From the NCBI GenBank assembly GCA_023250155.1, contig JAHFBG010000003.1, positions 102,040 through 166,039 on the forward strand: DNA of 64,000 nt, written 5' to 3'. The stretch is from Candidatus Melainabacteria bacterium (lineage in GTDB: Bacteria > Cyanobacteriota > Vampirovibrionia > 2-02-FULL-35-15). The notes under the pieces are model-generated. The model was given only the letters and a program-made list of their open reading frames with translations. It did not search any database and was not told the origin of the DNA. Positions 1 to 10,318 of this stretch are shown piece after piece (positions within the stretch are counted from its first letter, which is position 1; each line of letters begins with the position of its first letter). A program made the translations under genes and the position numbers.

Positions 1-1
1 A

Positions 2-139
2 TTGAAAGACAAGGTTATATTTGACGGTAGAAATCTATATGATCCTGAAAAACTAAAGCTTTTCGGACTAAGCCATGTTGGTATTGGGATTCCAGTTAGC
101 AAAGTCAAACAGAACTCAGAGCTTAGGGCCCAAAGCTGA
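2..139 (+). CDS. ugd: 3' end of UDP-glucose/GDP-mannose dehydrogenase (truncated by window edge)
   Basis: Frame from base 2 reads LKDKVIFDGRNLYDPEKL...GIG; the (V/I)FDGRN motif is typical of the UDPG dehydrogenase C-terminus; TGA at 137-139. Confidence 0.8.
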   Translation: MKDKVIFDGRNLYDPEKLKLFGLSHVGIGIPVSKVKQNSELRAQS

Positions 140-167
140 AATCTTTATTTTGTTGTACAATATATTC

Positions 168-827
168 ATGAATCAAACAGCAAGACTTACATTTCAAGAT
201 GAACTTCTTAAGCTTCATGGCTTGGTTTTAAACTTGGCGAATGAAGTAAAAATGAATGGTGAACTATTACTTGAGTACTTACAAAAACATGAGGTACCAG
301 AGTTATTTACCAAGATAAAAAATAAAGATAAAGAAATAGACAAAGTCAGATGGCAAGTACATGATTTTGGTGATGAACTTATAGTACTCCAACAACCAGT
401 AGCAAAGGACTTCAGACAAATAATTACATCAATTCAAGTTACTGACAATTTAGAAAGAATAGGTGATCACTTTAAAAAAACTGCTAGATATCTAGAGAAA
501 TTTAGCTTATCTGAGATTGAGGTTCCACAAGAAATTATTAAAATGACTACTTTAGGTTTAAATATGCTCTCTCAATCTATTTCAGCATATTCACAAATCC
601 TTGAAGGCAAAACAAATGAAGTATCTAAACTTGATGATGAAATGGATGAGCTTTATAGACAAACCGTTAAAAAAATTATAAGTTTAATTAAAATTTCCTC
701 AGAAGACAAAATAGACAGTTTATCAAAATTGTTTTTTGTGGCCCAAAGCTTTGAAAGAGCAGCAGATCATGCTGCAAAAATTGGTGATCTTGTAAACTAT
801 TCAATTACTGGAAAAAGAAAAGAATAA
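168..827 (+). CDS. phoU: Phosphate signalling/transport regulator PhoU
   Basis: LQQPVAKDFR..LERIGDH and second repeat FERAADHA; ATG at 168 preferred because the 75 start overlaps ugd. Confidence 0.9.
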   Translation: MNQTARLTFQDELLKLHGLVLNLANEVKMNGELLLEYLQKHEVPELFTKIKNKDKEIDKVRWQVHDFGDELIVLQQPVAKDFRQIITSIQVTDNLERIGDHFKKTARYLEKFSLSEIEVPQEIIKMTTLGLNMLSQSISAYSQILEGKTNEVSKLDDEMDELYRQTVKKIISLIKISSEDKIDSLSKLFFVAQSFERAADHAAKIGDLVNYSITGKRKE

Positions 828-828
828 A

Positions 829-1275
829 CTATCTTGCTAAAGCCTTTTTAATAGGCTCTTTCAAAACTTTTTTAGTATCAAACTTATGAATTATTCTATG
901 TATTAAAAAGTAAGTTGAGAATTTTCTACCTGGATTACAAAATTGATCACATAAAAAATGTGCCAATACTGACAAAGTAATACCTACTCTCCAAGGAGTT
1001 AAGTCTGGATTTAATGTTAGAAGAAAAAATAAAAGCAACAACTCATATGAATGCAAAGGTACATATAGCTTTCCACTTATCTTTTCATGATGAGCACCAT
1101 TAACTTTTTTCCAATCCCATTTTTTTCCATGAGCATATATATAATCAATGATGTGATCTAGATCAATTAAGGTACCGACTAAAAAGCTAGTGATTGCAGG
1201 TGCTAACTCGCCAAAAGTAGCATATGTAAAAATAGCAACTGATGCTGATACTACAATATGTCCTGAAGTTCTCAT
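829..1275 (-). CDS. Putative membrane-bound metal-dependent hydrolase (YdjM-like)
   Basis: Hydrophobic helices with N-terminal His, DLDH, PLHSYE and HFLCD motifs. Confidence 0.55.
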   Translation of the reverse strand: MRTSGHIVVSASVAIFTYATFGELAPAITSFLVGTLIDLDHIIDYIYAHGKKWDWKKVNGAHHEKISGKLYVPLHSYELLLLFFLLTLNPDLTPWRVGITLSVLAHFLCDQFCNPGRKFSTYFLIHRIIHKFDTKKVLKEPIKKALAR

Positions 1276-1392
1276 GATACTTATTATTTACCCCTTTTAA
1301 TTAAATTATCAACGTATTAGGTTAAAATTTGATTAAAGTTAAATAAGATTGTTAACTATATAGAAGTTTGACATGCTATCTTCTACTATAAG

Positions 1393-1860
1393 ATGAGGAT
1401 TGGACATGGTTACGACATACATAAGCTTGTACCTAACAAAAAATTAATAATTGGTGGGATTGAAATTCCATATTCTAAGGGGCTCCTTGGTCATAGCGAT
1501 GCTGATGTTCTTATCCATGCAATTATTGATGCCATGCTTGGCGCTTGTGGCCTTGGTGATATAGGATTACATTTCCCTTGCAATGATGAAAAGTGGAAGG
1601 ATTCAAGCAGTCTTGATTTACTACTCATCACTAATAGAACAATTACTGATAAAGGATTTCAAATAAATAATATTGACTCTACGATTGTACTTGAAGAACC
1701 AAAATTATTTCCATACATACATGAAATGAGAAAAAAAATCTCTGATGTTTTAAAAATAAATTATGATCAAATCAACATAAAAGCAAAAACCAATGAAGAA
1801 CAAGATTCAATAGGACAAAAAAATTCTATTTGTGCTTGGGCTGTTATCTTAATTAAATAA
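1393..1860 (+). CDS. ispF: 2-C-methyl-D-erythritol 2,4-cyclodiphosphate synthase
   Basis: MRIGHGYDIH, GHSDADV, GDIG, NIKAKTNE motifs. Confidence 0.97.
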   Translation: MRIGHGYDIHKLVPNKKLIIGGIEIPYSKGLLGHSDADVLIHAIIDAMLGACGLGDIGLHFPCNDEKWKDSSSLDLLLITNRTITDKGFQINNIDSTIVLEEPKLFPYIHEMRKKISDVLKINYDQINIKAKTNEEQDSIGQKNSICAWAVILIK

Positions 1861-2054
1861 TTTGATTATTATTTTGAATAGCTATATTTTATAAAAAAAA
1901 TTGTGATATCCCCAACAGTCAGAAAAGATTTTTGTAAGAAAATATATATTTTGTTTGTTAACCCTAAGGAAAAATTAATCGTCAGTAGAATATAAAGCTT
2001 AGACCAAAAAAAATTAGATTTAGTTTTAAAAAAGAGGAAAAACAGGAGAAAAAA

Positions 2055-2984
2055 ATGATCAAGATTAAATTGTTTACGACAACACTAATTGCAATATTTT
2101 GTTTGGGTTTAAATTTTTATAATCACCCAGCAAATGCAGAAAATACTTCCACACCACAAGGATTTTTAGATAGCTATACAATAACGCTAAGTGGTAGTGG
2201 ATTAAACTCTACAACTGCATTAAATATAAAAGTCGATGTTGCACCTTTAAACTCAGCTCAACTAGATACAGGTGTTTCCTTTAAAGGAACTGGAGCTACT
2301 CAGTTGCTCACAGATGTAAACCAAGGAACAGGTACTATCAGCGTAGTCTGGAGTGGTACAGTTACTGATGGAAAAGTTACCATTACAGGAATGTTGAAGC
2401 CTGGTACAGTCAGTTCTACTCCAGGAATAACTATTTCTAAAATAGAAAAAGCTGGTGGTGTCGATATTACAAAAGACTTAACATCTACTATCAATCTTAC
2501 ATCATCAAACCCTTTACCTGCAGCAAGTCCATCTCCATCTCCAAGCCCATCTCCATCCCCATCTCCAAGTCCATCTCCAAAACCAAGTCCATCACCAAGT
2601 CCTAGCCCAACCACACCTCCAAAACCAGGATCATCTCCTACAGATGAAGCAGATGATCCTTCTATAACAATATCTGGTAGTGAACAAATTACAATTCAAT
2701 CAGGCATATTAAATGCTGGAAAACTAAAAGTTAAAGCAGCTGATTTTACTGCATTGAGCAAATGCAGTGTTTCAGCATCTGACTCTGACTTAGTAAAAAT
2801 TAAACCAGCAAGGTTTATTCTTGGGCCAGGAAGAACCAAACAAACTCTTTTAGTTAGAGTACCTCTGTCAGCAGCTAGAGATATTATTGACAGTGGTGAT
2901 ACTGAAAGCGTTACCGTTGAAATCAGTTGTAAAAATGGTGCATTTGATGATACAGAAATACTGCTAGTACCTGAAGAAGATTAG
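2055..2984 (+). CDS. Secreted two-domain beta-rich protein with Ser-Pro linker
   Basis: AGGAGA RBS, signal peptide ending ANA, Thr/Ser/Gly-rich N-domain, (SP)n linker, C-domain with two Cys. Confidence 0.7.
   Translation: MIKIKLFTTTLIAIFCLGLNFYNHPANAENTSTPQGFLDSYTITLSGSGLNSTTALNIKVDVAPLNSAQLDTGVSFKGTGATQLLTDVNQGTGTISVVWSGTVTDGKVTITGMLKPGTVSSTPGITISKIEKAGGVDITKDLTSTINLTSSNPLPAASPSPSPSPSPSPSPSPSPKPSPSPSPSPTTPPKPGSSPTDEADDPSITISGSEQITIQSGILNAGKLKVKAADFTALSKCSVSASDSDLVKIKPARFILGPGRTKQTLLVRVPLSAARDIIDSGDTESVTVEISCKNGAFDDTEILLVPEED
2526..2610 (+). repeat. Coding (Ser-Pro)n hexanucleotide repeat
   Basis: Tandem tctcca/agtcca units encoding SPSPSP. Confidence 0.85.
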
Positions 2985-2994
2985 TATTAGAAAT

Positions 2995-4740
2995 CTAATC
3001 GATCTTTTTAGCACCAAGCAAATCCTTAATGGCCTTAGTGAAATCATTATCACTAGGGTCATTGTTTTTTTGAGAGATGTTACTAGTAACTAAATTTAAG
3101 CTAGGAGGATCTTTTTGTTGAAGACTTGCTTGAGTAATATTACCTTCAACCTCATTTGGCTCCTTAGCTCTAGCCAAGATCCTAAATCGAATATTTGCAG
3201 GCTCAATCCCACTAACAGTTTTAGTGGCTTGTAAAATCATTTCTTTTTTCTTAGAATCTTTTTCAAGTCTTTGCAAGAAAGTATCTTTCGCTATTCCTAA
3301 CTCTAAGAGATCTTTAGAAAGACTTATGACATAGCTCTCAGACTGATTTAATAATGTTTTTGTTGGATTGCTTTCAATTAGACTTACTATCTGAGTCCAG
3401 AGGGAGTTTAGGTCAGGATTTGAAATTGACAATTGAGAATTGACAATGGGGGATTGCTGCCCAGCAGGGCGAGCCTCACTCACTTCGTGAGCGGGAGAAT
3501 TGAGAATTGAGAATTGAGAGTTAAGAGTTGATACTTTAGGATCTTTGGCTTGTGACTGACTACTGGTTATTGGTTGCTGATTGCTGATTGCTGACTGCTG
3601 ACCTTGTTCTAATCTTTCAATCTTTTCTTTCAACTCTGTAAGTGAAATCAAAAAGTCTCTATCTACAATACTCATAACCTCTACAATAAACTGCAACTCC
3701 TGACTAAGTGCAAAACGTAATTTAGACTGTGAATCCTTAAGCCTGTCAATAATCTTTACTATATGGGCTATGTCTATTGAATTTAAAGCATTTAGATCAT
3801 CAGATAATTCTTTTGATAAACTTTCCCTGAAGTTTGTATTGATTTTAGCTTTGCCAAGATCTATAAATAATTCAATAATTCCCTTCAAAGATTCTTCAAT
3901 ATCTTTTCCACTTTTTACTAAGTTTTCTGCCAAATCAACTGCTTCTTTAATATTAAAAGTTAAAATAGCATTAGCTAACTTAAACAGAACTCTCCTATCA
4001 ATAGTACCAAAAAGCTGAAACACTTCTTCTGAATTTATTGATTTATCATCTGACTGCAAAACGCTTATTTGATCAAGAAGAGATACAGCATCTCTTAAGC
4101 AACCATTGGCTCTTTTCGATATAAATTTTGTAATAGTATTATCAATGTTTATTTTTTCACAAGATGCAATTCCTTGAATTCGTGTTTCAATCTCTTCTTG
4201 TGAAACCGATTTAAAATCAAGTTTTTGACATCTGCTTATAATAGTAGGTATAACTTTGTATTCTTCAGTAGTAGCCAAAATAAATATTACATTTTTGGGT
4301 GGCTCTTCAAGTGTCTTTAATAAAGCATTAAAGGCATGATCCGTAAGCATGTGAACTTCATCAATTATATAAATTTTAAATCTTGATCCATAAGTACCCA
4401 AACTAACTCTGTTTATAAGATTTTCAGCATCTTCTACTTTTCTATGACTTGCAGCATCTATCTCTATAACATCAAGTGAATTACCTTTGGTTATTGATTC
4501 ACAGCTTATACACTTGTTACAAGGATCTATTGTTATACCACTTTGACAGTTCAATGATTTAGCTAAAATTCTTGCTGTAGATGTTTTTCCTGTTCCTCTT
4601 GGACCACAAAACAAATAAGCATGAACAATTTTGTCATAAGTAATGGCATTAGTTAGGGTTTTAGTAACTACTTCCTGACCTATTACTTCAAGTAGCTTTT
4701 GTGGCCTATATTTTAAATATAACGGTTGATATTGTTTCAC
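2995..4740 (-). CDS. dnaX: DNA polymerase III subunit gamma/tau
   Basis: YLKYRP, GPRGTGKT, zinc-binding Cys cluster, EIDAAS, IIDEVHML, SRC motif. Confidence 0.97.
   Translation of the reverse strand: MKQYQPLYLKYRPQKLLEVIGQEVVTKTLTNAITYDKIVHAYLFCGPRGTGKTSTARILAKSLNCQSGITIDPCNKCISCESITKGNSLDVIEIDAASHRKVEDAENLINRVSLGTYGSRFKIYIIDEVHMLTDHAFNALLKTLEEPPKNVIFILATTEEYKVIPTIISRCQKLDFKSVSQEEIETRIQGIASCEKINIDNTITKFISKRANGCLRDAVSLLDQISVLQSDDKSINSEEVFQLFGTIDRRVLFKLANAILTFNIKEAVDLAENLVKSGKDIEESLKGIIELFIDLGKAKINTNFRESLSKELSDDLNALNSIDIAHIVKIIDRLKDSQSKLRFALSQELQFIVEVMSIVDRDFLISLTELKEKIERLEQGQQSAISNQQPITSSQSQAKDPKVSTLNSQFSILNSPAHEVSEARPAGQQSPIVNSQLSISNPDLNSLWTQIVSLIESNPTKTLLNQSESYVISLSKDLLELGIAKDTFLQRLEKDSKKKEMILQATKTVSGIEPANIRFRILARAKEPNEVEGNITQASLQQKDPPSLNLVTSNISQKNNDPSDNDFTKAIKDLLGAKKID
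3400..3605. repeat. Heptamer repeats (GAATTGA-, GCTGATT-type) inside the dnaX linker
   Basis: gaattga x3, aattgac/aattgag and gctgatt/gctgact runs, translated as [22 protein letters not shown] and IVNSQLSISN. Confidence 0.8.
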
Positions 4741-5339
4741 GTAATTTCTACTCCATTAAATGTGTTCATTGCAAAGTCTACACTAGAAGTCATGAGTGTT
4801 TCAAGAGCTTGTATTGAAACTTCAACTACTCTTTGAACTAAATTAGACTCGTTTTTAGAGAACTTTTGTAAAACATAGTCTTTTCTTAGGTCTCCACCAG
4901 GATCTGGACCTACTCCAACTCTAACTCTCGTAAACTCCTGGTTTCCACCTAAACACTGAATGATTGATTCAATACCATGATGTCCTGCTGAACCATTGTT
5001 AAAACCAATTCTTATTTTTCCAAGATTCAATGCAACTTCATCATGAACTACTATTAAATCCTTCGATTCAAATTTAAACCAATTTGTTACTTTCTGTACC
5101 GCTTCTCCAGAATGGTTCATATATGTAGTAGGCCATACAAGAACTACATCATATGCCTTACTATCAGACAATGTAATTGTATCTTTTCCATACCAAGATA
5201 AAAGATCATTGTCTTGCTTACCAACAATCTTATACTTCTCACCAAAAGCATCTAAGATGCTAAATCCAATATTATGGCGTGTATTGTCATACTCAGTACC
5301 TGGATTTCCTAAACCAACAATTAATTTTTTGTTTGACAT
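4737..5339 (-). CDS. pth: Peptidyl-tRNA hydrolase
   Basis: LIVGLGNPG, TRHNIGF, TYMN.SG, GHHG, DYVL. Confidence 0.96.
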   Translation of the reverse strand: MSNKKLIVGLGNPGTEYDNTRHNIGFSILDAFGEKYKIVGKQDNDLLSWYGKDTITLSDSKAYDVVLVWPTTYMNHSGEAVQKVTNWFKFESKDLIVVHDEVALNLGKIRIGFNNGSAGHHGIESIIQCLGGNQEFTRVRVGVGPDPGGDLRKDYVLQKFSKNESNLVQRVVEVSIQALETLMTSSVDFAMNTFNGVEIT

Positions 5340-5344
5340 TATTC

Positions 5345-6505
5345 TTATAAAGATACAAGGGGGGAATTGATTCTTAATCTGGTTTCTTTATCTATTTCAA
5401 GGATTTCATCAAGCGAGGTTGGCTTAGAAGAATTGTGTGTCTCTATAGCAGAAGCTATTGTTTTATAAATATCGCTAAATGAGATTTTGTCTTTTAAAAA
5501 TAAATCCACAGCTATTTCATTTGCTGCATTTAAAACTATAGGATAACTATCTCCTTTAGAAGCTACTTCATAAGCTAGCTTTAAGCATGGAAACCTTACA
5601 TAATCAGGTGCTTCAAACTCAAGCTTTCCAACCGTCAATAAATCACAAAATAAATTAAATGGCAATTCTTTACGATGTGGGTAAAAGAGAGAGTACTGAA
5701 TAGGAAGCTTCATGTCTGTAGCGCCCAACTGTGCCATTATATTTCCATCTACGAACTCAACTGCACTATGCATAATGCTTTGAGGATGAATAAAGACATC
5801 TATTTGTTTTTCACTAAAACCAAACAAACTCATGGCTTCTATAATTTCTAATCCCTTATTCATGAGAGTAGCAGAGTCAACCGTAATTTTTTGTCCCATT
5901 ACCCAGGTAGGATGTTTTAAAGCTTGTTCTTTTGTAGCAGCTTGGATTTCTTTTAAACTCCAGGTTCTAAAAGGTCCACCTGATGCAGTTAGTATAATTC
6001 TTTTAACTTGTTCTTTTTTTGATTTTCCTAAACACTGATGAATAGCGACATGCTCACTGTCAAGTGGAATAACTTCACCTCTATGTTTTAGAATCAAATC
6101 TTGAATTAATCCACCTGCAATTACTAAAGTTTCTTTATTTGCAAAAGCTACTCTTTTCCCATGACTTAGTGCTTCTATAGTAGGTTTTAAGCCCAGTGAA
6201 CCTACAAGACTGTTTACAACAATATCACATTGGCATGATGAAATAAATTCTAAACCAACATCACCCCAATATATTTCTAAAACTGGATCTTTTAAAATTG
6301 ATTTTAACTCTTGTGCTAAAGCTACATCTTTTACAGAAACAAAACGAGGATTGTGTTCTTTTATTTGCTCTGCTAATAGTGGTGCATTTCCACCAGCTGC
6401 TAATCCTATAACCTCAAAGTCATTTTTAAATGCACTTAAAACATCTAAAGTTTGTTTTCCTATAGAACCTGTAGAGCCTAGTACTGATACACGTTTTTTT
6501 TTCAT
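5345..6505 (-). CDS. dxr: 1-deoxy-D-xylulose-5-phosphate reductoisomerase
   Basis: LGSTGSIG, ANKE, DSEH, TASGGPF, HPTW.MG.KITVDSAT.MNKGLE. Confidence 0.97.
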   Translation of the reverse strand: MKKKRVSVLGSTGSIGKQTLDVLSAFKNDFEVIGLAAGGNAPLLAEQIKEHNPRFVSVKDVALAQELKSILKDPVLEIYWGDVGLEFISSCQCDIVVNSLVGSLGLKPTIEALSHGKRVAFANKETLVIAGGLIQDLILKHRGEVIPLDSEHVAIHQCLGKSKKEQVKRIILTASGGPFRTWSLKEIQAATKEQALKHPTWVMGQKITVDSATLMNKGLEIIEAMSLFGFSEKQIDVFIHPQSIMHSAVEFVDGNIMAQLGATDMKLPIQYSLFYPHRKELPFNLFCDLLTVGKLEFEAPDYVRFPCLKLAYEVASKGDSYPIVLNAANEIAVDLFLKDKISFSDIYKTIASAIETHNSSKPTSLDEILEIDKETRLRINSPLVSL

Positions 6506-6514
6506 GATGGGTAA

Positions 6515-9286
6515 CTATGCGGGGGTACTATTACATTCTCCTAATAGTTCAATTTGTTCATTAATTGTTTTTATCTGATTCTCTAATTCAATTATATTTT
6601 TCTTAACCTCATCAATTTTATCCTGAGCAGCATTATTAATAAAGCTTGTATTGCTAAGTTTTAAATTCTGAGCATTTAAGTCCTTTTCAAACTGAGCTTT
6701 TTTCTTATTAAAGTTCATAACCATCTTGTCAATATCAACTAAACCAGATAATGGAATAAGAATTCTTGTTTCATTGACTAAAGCACCACTAGATGGTTTA
6801 ACAGGTTCAAAATGGCTTAATACAGAAACTTTGGACTTAGTTAGGTATTCAATATATGAAACAAAACTAATCAATGTATTTTTTTCAAAGTTATTGTTTG
6901 TAAATAGTCTGATTTCCAGTTCCTTTGTCCACGGAATACTTAAAGTCTGTCTTAAATTTCTTATTTCACGAGTAATATCAATGATATAACTAAAGCTTTT
7001 ATCAGCTTCTTTGTTTATGAAAGCTAAGTCTGGTTTAGGATATGTTGCAAAGCAAATAAATTTAGAGCTGACAGCTGACAGCTGACAGCTGACAGCTAGA
7101 TTTATCTCCTCCGTAATAAAGGGCATTATGGGATGAAGGACACGTATAATGCCTTCTACTATATACAATAAAATAACTTGAGTTTGAAGTTTTAGTTTTG
7201 GATCATCTAATTGTTTCTTTGAGATTTCTATATACCAGTCACAAAAGCCATCCCAGACAAACTTATAAATTTGTTTTGATATTTCAGTGAAATTATATTT
7301 TTTATCAGCAAAATCATTTTGAATAAATAAAAGCAACTCATGGTAACTATTTAAAATCCACAAATCTGCAATGGTTAACTGTTCTTTTTTTATTTTTGTT
7401 AAATCAATGTCATATTTTTTTTCTGCTTCAAGGTTTTGAAGCACAAATCTTGTAGCATTCCAAAGCTTGTTTGCAAATCTTTTATACTGTTCAAGTGTAT
7501 CTGATTCCCACTTCCCATCCTTATCTTTTCTACCTGGGAAACGAACATCCTGATTTCCAGTCACTCCAACACTAAAATACCAAAAGCGATTTGCATCAGC
7601 ACCATACTTTTCTATCATTTCAAGAGGATCAATTGCATTTCCTTTAGACTTTGACATTCTTTTTCCATCAGGGGTTTGAATAACAGGATGAATTAAAACT
7701 TCTTGAAATGGAATATTCCCTGCAAATTCTAATCCCATAAATACCATTCTTGATACCCAAAGATTAATTATTTCTCTTGCAGTTGCTAAGATGCTAGTAG
7801 GATAAAAAGCTTTTAAATGCTCGGTTTGATTAGGCCATCCTAAAGTTACAAAAGGCCATAATGCAGAGCTAAACCAAGTATCTAAGACATCAGGATCTTG
7901 AATTAAATTTTTGCTTGCACATTCTTTACAAGAATCAGGAACAGTCTCATTAACAGTTACATGACTGTGTTCTTTACAGTACCAGACAGGTATTTGATGT
8001 CCCCACCAAAGCTGCCTACTAATACACCAATCTTTTATATTTCTTAGCCAATTCAAATAATGATCAGTATATCGATGAGGTGTAAATTTTATCCTTTCTT
8101 CTTCAACTACCTTCATAGCAGGCTCTGCTAATGGTTTCATTCTCACATACCATTGCTCTGAAAGATATGGTTCTATTATAGTTCCACAGCGATCATGTTT
8201 TGACTGAGGCTGGTCATATTCCACTACTTGTTTTAACAGACCCAGTTCTTCTAGTTTTTGTACTGTAATTTCTCTTGCTTTAAAACGTTCTTGTCCTTTT
8301 ATATCTTCTGGAATACCAATGTTTTCTTTATCCTGGATTTTTCCATCCTGAGTTATGATTTCAGGATAAGGATAAAAATGAGTCCCATATTTTTTAATGG
8401 TGTCTTTGTTTCTATCAAATATTTCATAGTCTACAGAATCATGTGCTGGAGTGACTTTTAAAGCACCAGTTCCAAAATCCATTTCTATAATCTCATCAGA
8501 AATAATGGGTATTTGTTTATTTATAAATGGTAGAAATACTTTTTGTCCAACAAGTTTTTTATATCTACCGTCATTCGGATTCACACAGACAGCTATATCA
8601 CCAAACAAAGTCTCTGGACGTGTTGTAGCAACAGTAATTCCACCTTTTGCAATATCATTAAAGTCAAATGGATACAAAATATGATAAATCTTACCTTTTG
8701 CATGATCAGTTTCTACTTCAAGATCACTAAGACTGGTGAGGCATTTAGGACACCAGTTAACTATTCTTTTTCCACGATAGATTAAGCCTTTATTATAAAG
8801 TGACACAAAGACTTTTGTAATAGCCTGTGAATAATTTTCATCCATAGTAAAAACAAGTCTGTCATAGTCTAAATGACACCCAAGTTTTTTCATCTGATTT
8901 ATAATTTCATTTCCATGTTTTTCTTTCCATATCCAGATCCGCTTTAAAAACTCTTCTCTACCTATGTCATGCTTTCTTTTCTTTTCAACTTTTGAAAGTT
9001 CTTTTTCAACTACCACCTGTGTACCAATACCAGCATGATCTGTACCACCCTGCCATAAAACATTTTTTCCATTCATTTGGTGATATCGAATTAGGACATC
9101 CTGAATAGTATCTCCAAATGCATGTCCCATATGAAGGCTGCCAGTTACATTTGGTGGTGGAAGAGCAATGGAAAAGCTTTCTTTATTTGGATCTATTTTT
9201 GATTTATAAATCTTTTCACTAAGCCAGGTATTTAGCCATTTTTCTTCTACTTCTTTTGGATTATATGTTTTAGAAAGTTCTTGCAT
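6515..9286 (-). CDS. valS: Valine--tRNA ligase
   Basis: PPPNVTGSLHMGH, DWCISRQLWWGH, RMSKS, C-terminal coiled coil. Confidence 0.97.
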   Translation of the reverse strand: MQELSKTYNPKEVEEKWLNTWLSEKIYKSKIDPNKESFSIALPPPNVTGSLHMGHAFGDTIQDVLIRYHQMNGKNVLWQGGTDHAGIGTQVVVEKELSKVEKKRKHDIGREEFLKRIWIWKEKHGNEIINQMKKLGCHLDYDRLVFTMDENYSQAITKVFVSLYNKGLIYRGKRIVNWCPKCLTSLSDLEVETDHAKGKIYHILYPFDFNDIAKGGITVATTRPETLFGDIAVCVNPNDGRYKKLVGQKVFLPFINKQIPIISDEIIEMDFGTGALKVTPAHDSVDYEIFDRNKDTIKKYGTHFYPYPEIITQDGKIQDKENIGIPEDIKGQERFKAREITVQKLEELGLLKQVVEYDQPQSKHDRCGTIIEPYLSEQWYVRMKPLAEPAMKVVEEERIKFTPHRYTDHYLNWLRNIKDWCISRQLWWGHQIPVWYCKEHSHVTVNETVPDSCKECASKNLIQDPDVLDTWFSSALWPFVTLGWPNQTEHLKAFYPTSILATAREIINLWVSRMVFMGLEFAGNIPFQEVLIHPVIQTPDGKRMSKSKGNAIDPLEMIEKYGADANRFWYFSVGVTGNQDVRFPGRKDKDGKWESDTLEQYKRFANKLWNATRFVLQNLEAEKKYDIDLTKIKKEQLTIADLWILNSYHELLLFIQNDFADKKYNFTEISKQIYKFVWDGFCDWYIEISKKQLDDPKLKLQTQVILLYIVEGIIRVLHPIMPFITEEINLAVSCQLSAVSSKFICFATYPKPDLAFINKEADKSFSYIIDITREIRNLRQTLSIPWTKELEIRLFTNNNFEKNTLISFVSYIEYLTKSKVSVLSHFEPVKPSSGALVNETRILIPLSGLVDIDKMVMNFNKKKAQFEKDLNAQNLKLSNTSFINNAAQDKIDEVKKNIIELENQIKTINEQIELLGECNSTPA
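7066..7097. repeat. (AGCTGAC)4 heptamer repeat inside valS
   Basis: Four perfect copies plus a partial copy, translated as LAVSCQLSAVSS. Confidence 0.9.
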
Positions 9287-9287
9287 T

Positions 9288-9500
9288 TTAAGCAGCTAGT
9301 TTTGCACCATACTCAATTGCAGCATTTATATCAATTTCTTTTAGTTGAGGATATTCTTTTAGTATTTGCTTTTTGGATTGGCCACCTGCTAACATTTGTA
9401 AAACCAAATAAACAGGTATTCTTGTTCCTTTTATACAAGCTTTTCCATGGAATACATTTGGATCTGACTCAACTCTATTTTTATTTAGCTTTTTCTTCAT
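9288..9500 (-). CDS. DUF433 family protein (antitoxin-like)
   Basis: DPNVFHGKACIKGTRIPV...ILKEYPQL...DINAAIEY. Confidence 0.9.
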   Translation of the reverse strand: MKKKLNKNRVESDPNVFHGKACIKGTRIPVYLVLQMLAGGQSKKQILKEYPQLKEIDINAAIEYGAKLAA

Positions 9501-9547
9501 TTCTTTATAATAAATATATCATATACTTACACCCACTCCTTACAATA

Positions 9548-9700
9548 CTTTTATAGTTTTTACTCCGGTGGCTCTTGCGGTGACGTTGCTCCTCAGAGCC
9601 ACATTTGCATAGACCGCTCGGTTTGGGACAAACCTCGCTTCATTAACCAACATAGGCTTAGTGGCATTACGTTATGGGGTCCGTGAGTAATTACCTTTCA
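9548..9700 (-). ncRNA. ssrS: Probable 6S RNA, cyanobacterial type
   Basis: GC-rich island in AT-rich intergenic DNA. Nested stems TTACTC(A)CGG/CCGGAGTAA, GCCAC/GTGGC and GGTTTG/CAAACC flank an open C/A-rich internal loop. Blocks GGACCCCATAACG, CAAACCGAGCGGTCT and GAGGAGCAAC..CACCGCAA..CCACCGG resemble cyanobacterial 6S as I remember it. Strand chosen from tandem GA pairs and a TAAAAT -10 at 9706-9711 (-); strand not certain. Confidence 0.65.
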
Positions 9701-9760
9701 TGCTTATTTTAAGTTATTGTTCTACACTTAAGCTAAGTATAGCAATTAGAGGTTTAACAT

Positions 9761-10297
9761 ATGAGCACAATAGCTATGGTAAGTATAGGACTAGATCCTA
9801 CCAATAAAAAACTAGTTAAAGCTTCTTTTTCTAGAGTTGAAAATCTTAACAAGCCTTATAAAGAAATCACAGGAAAACCAATAGAGTTTCTTAGAAAATT
9901 TATTAGTGAATTAAAAATATCAGACATACCAATAAGAATTTATGATCCTAAACCTAATCTTCCTCAAAATCTTGCTTCCATCATACATAGAACCCTTATG
10001 AACTATTGGAGGGCTACACTACCACCGACAAGAGAGTTTATAGAAATAGGCAGAGATTTTGATGGTAAAAAATTCTATGCCTCATATCAAGATTCAAAAG
10101 ACTCTATTCCAAATGAATGGACTGCTTGTGTACAGACTGGGGATGCTCTGACATTGACAAAGGATATTTTAGAAACACTACACAACGGTCATGACAACCC
10201 TGTTGATATTGAATTTAAAAAAGGTGTTCCACAAGAAGTAAAAGATTTAATTACCAAAGCAATAGATCTTTATAATATGTCAGTTGAAAAAAAATAA
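9761..10297 (+). CDS. Hypothetical protein
   Basis: 178-aa ORF with GAGG RBS; no recognisable motif. Confidence 0.6.
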   Translation: MSTIAMVSIGLDPTNKKLVKASFSRVENLNKPYKEITGKPIEFLRKFISELKISDIPIRIYDPKPNLPQNLASIIHRTLMNYWRATLPPTREFIEIGRDFDGKKFYASYQDSKDSIPNEWTACVQTGDALTLTKDILETLHNGHDNPVDIEFKKGVPQEVKDLITKAIDLYNMSVEKK

Positions 10298-10318
10298 AGA
10301 ATTAATCTTGCTGTTTCT

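Noticed and set aside
2300..2614. Antisense or alternate-frame ORFs (e.g. 2300-2614, 10608-10898, 11106-11459, 20164-20626, 40349-40714, 45441-45818)
   Set aside because: Shadows of real genes or of low-complexity repeats, with no independent motif
9548..9700. T-box leader for valS
   Set aside because: No T-box antiterminator consensus (GGTGGNACC) seen, and the DUF433 gene intervenes
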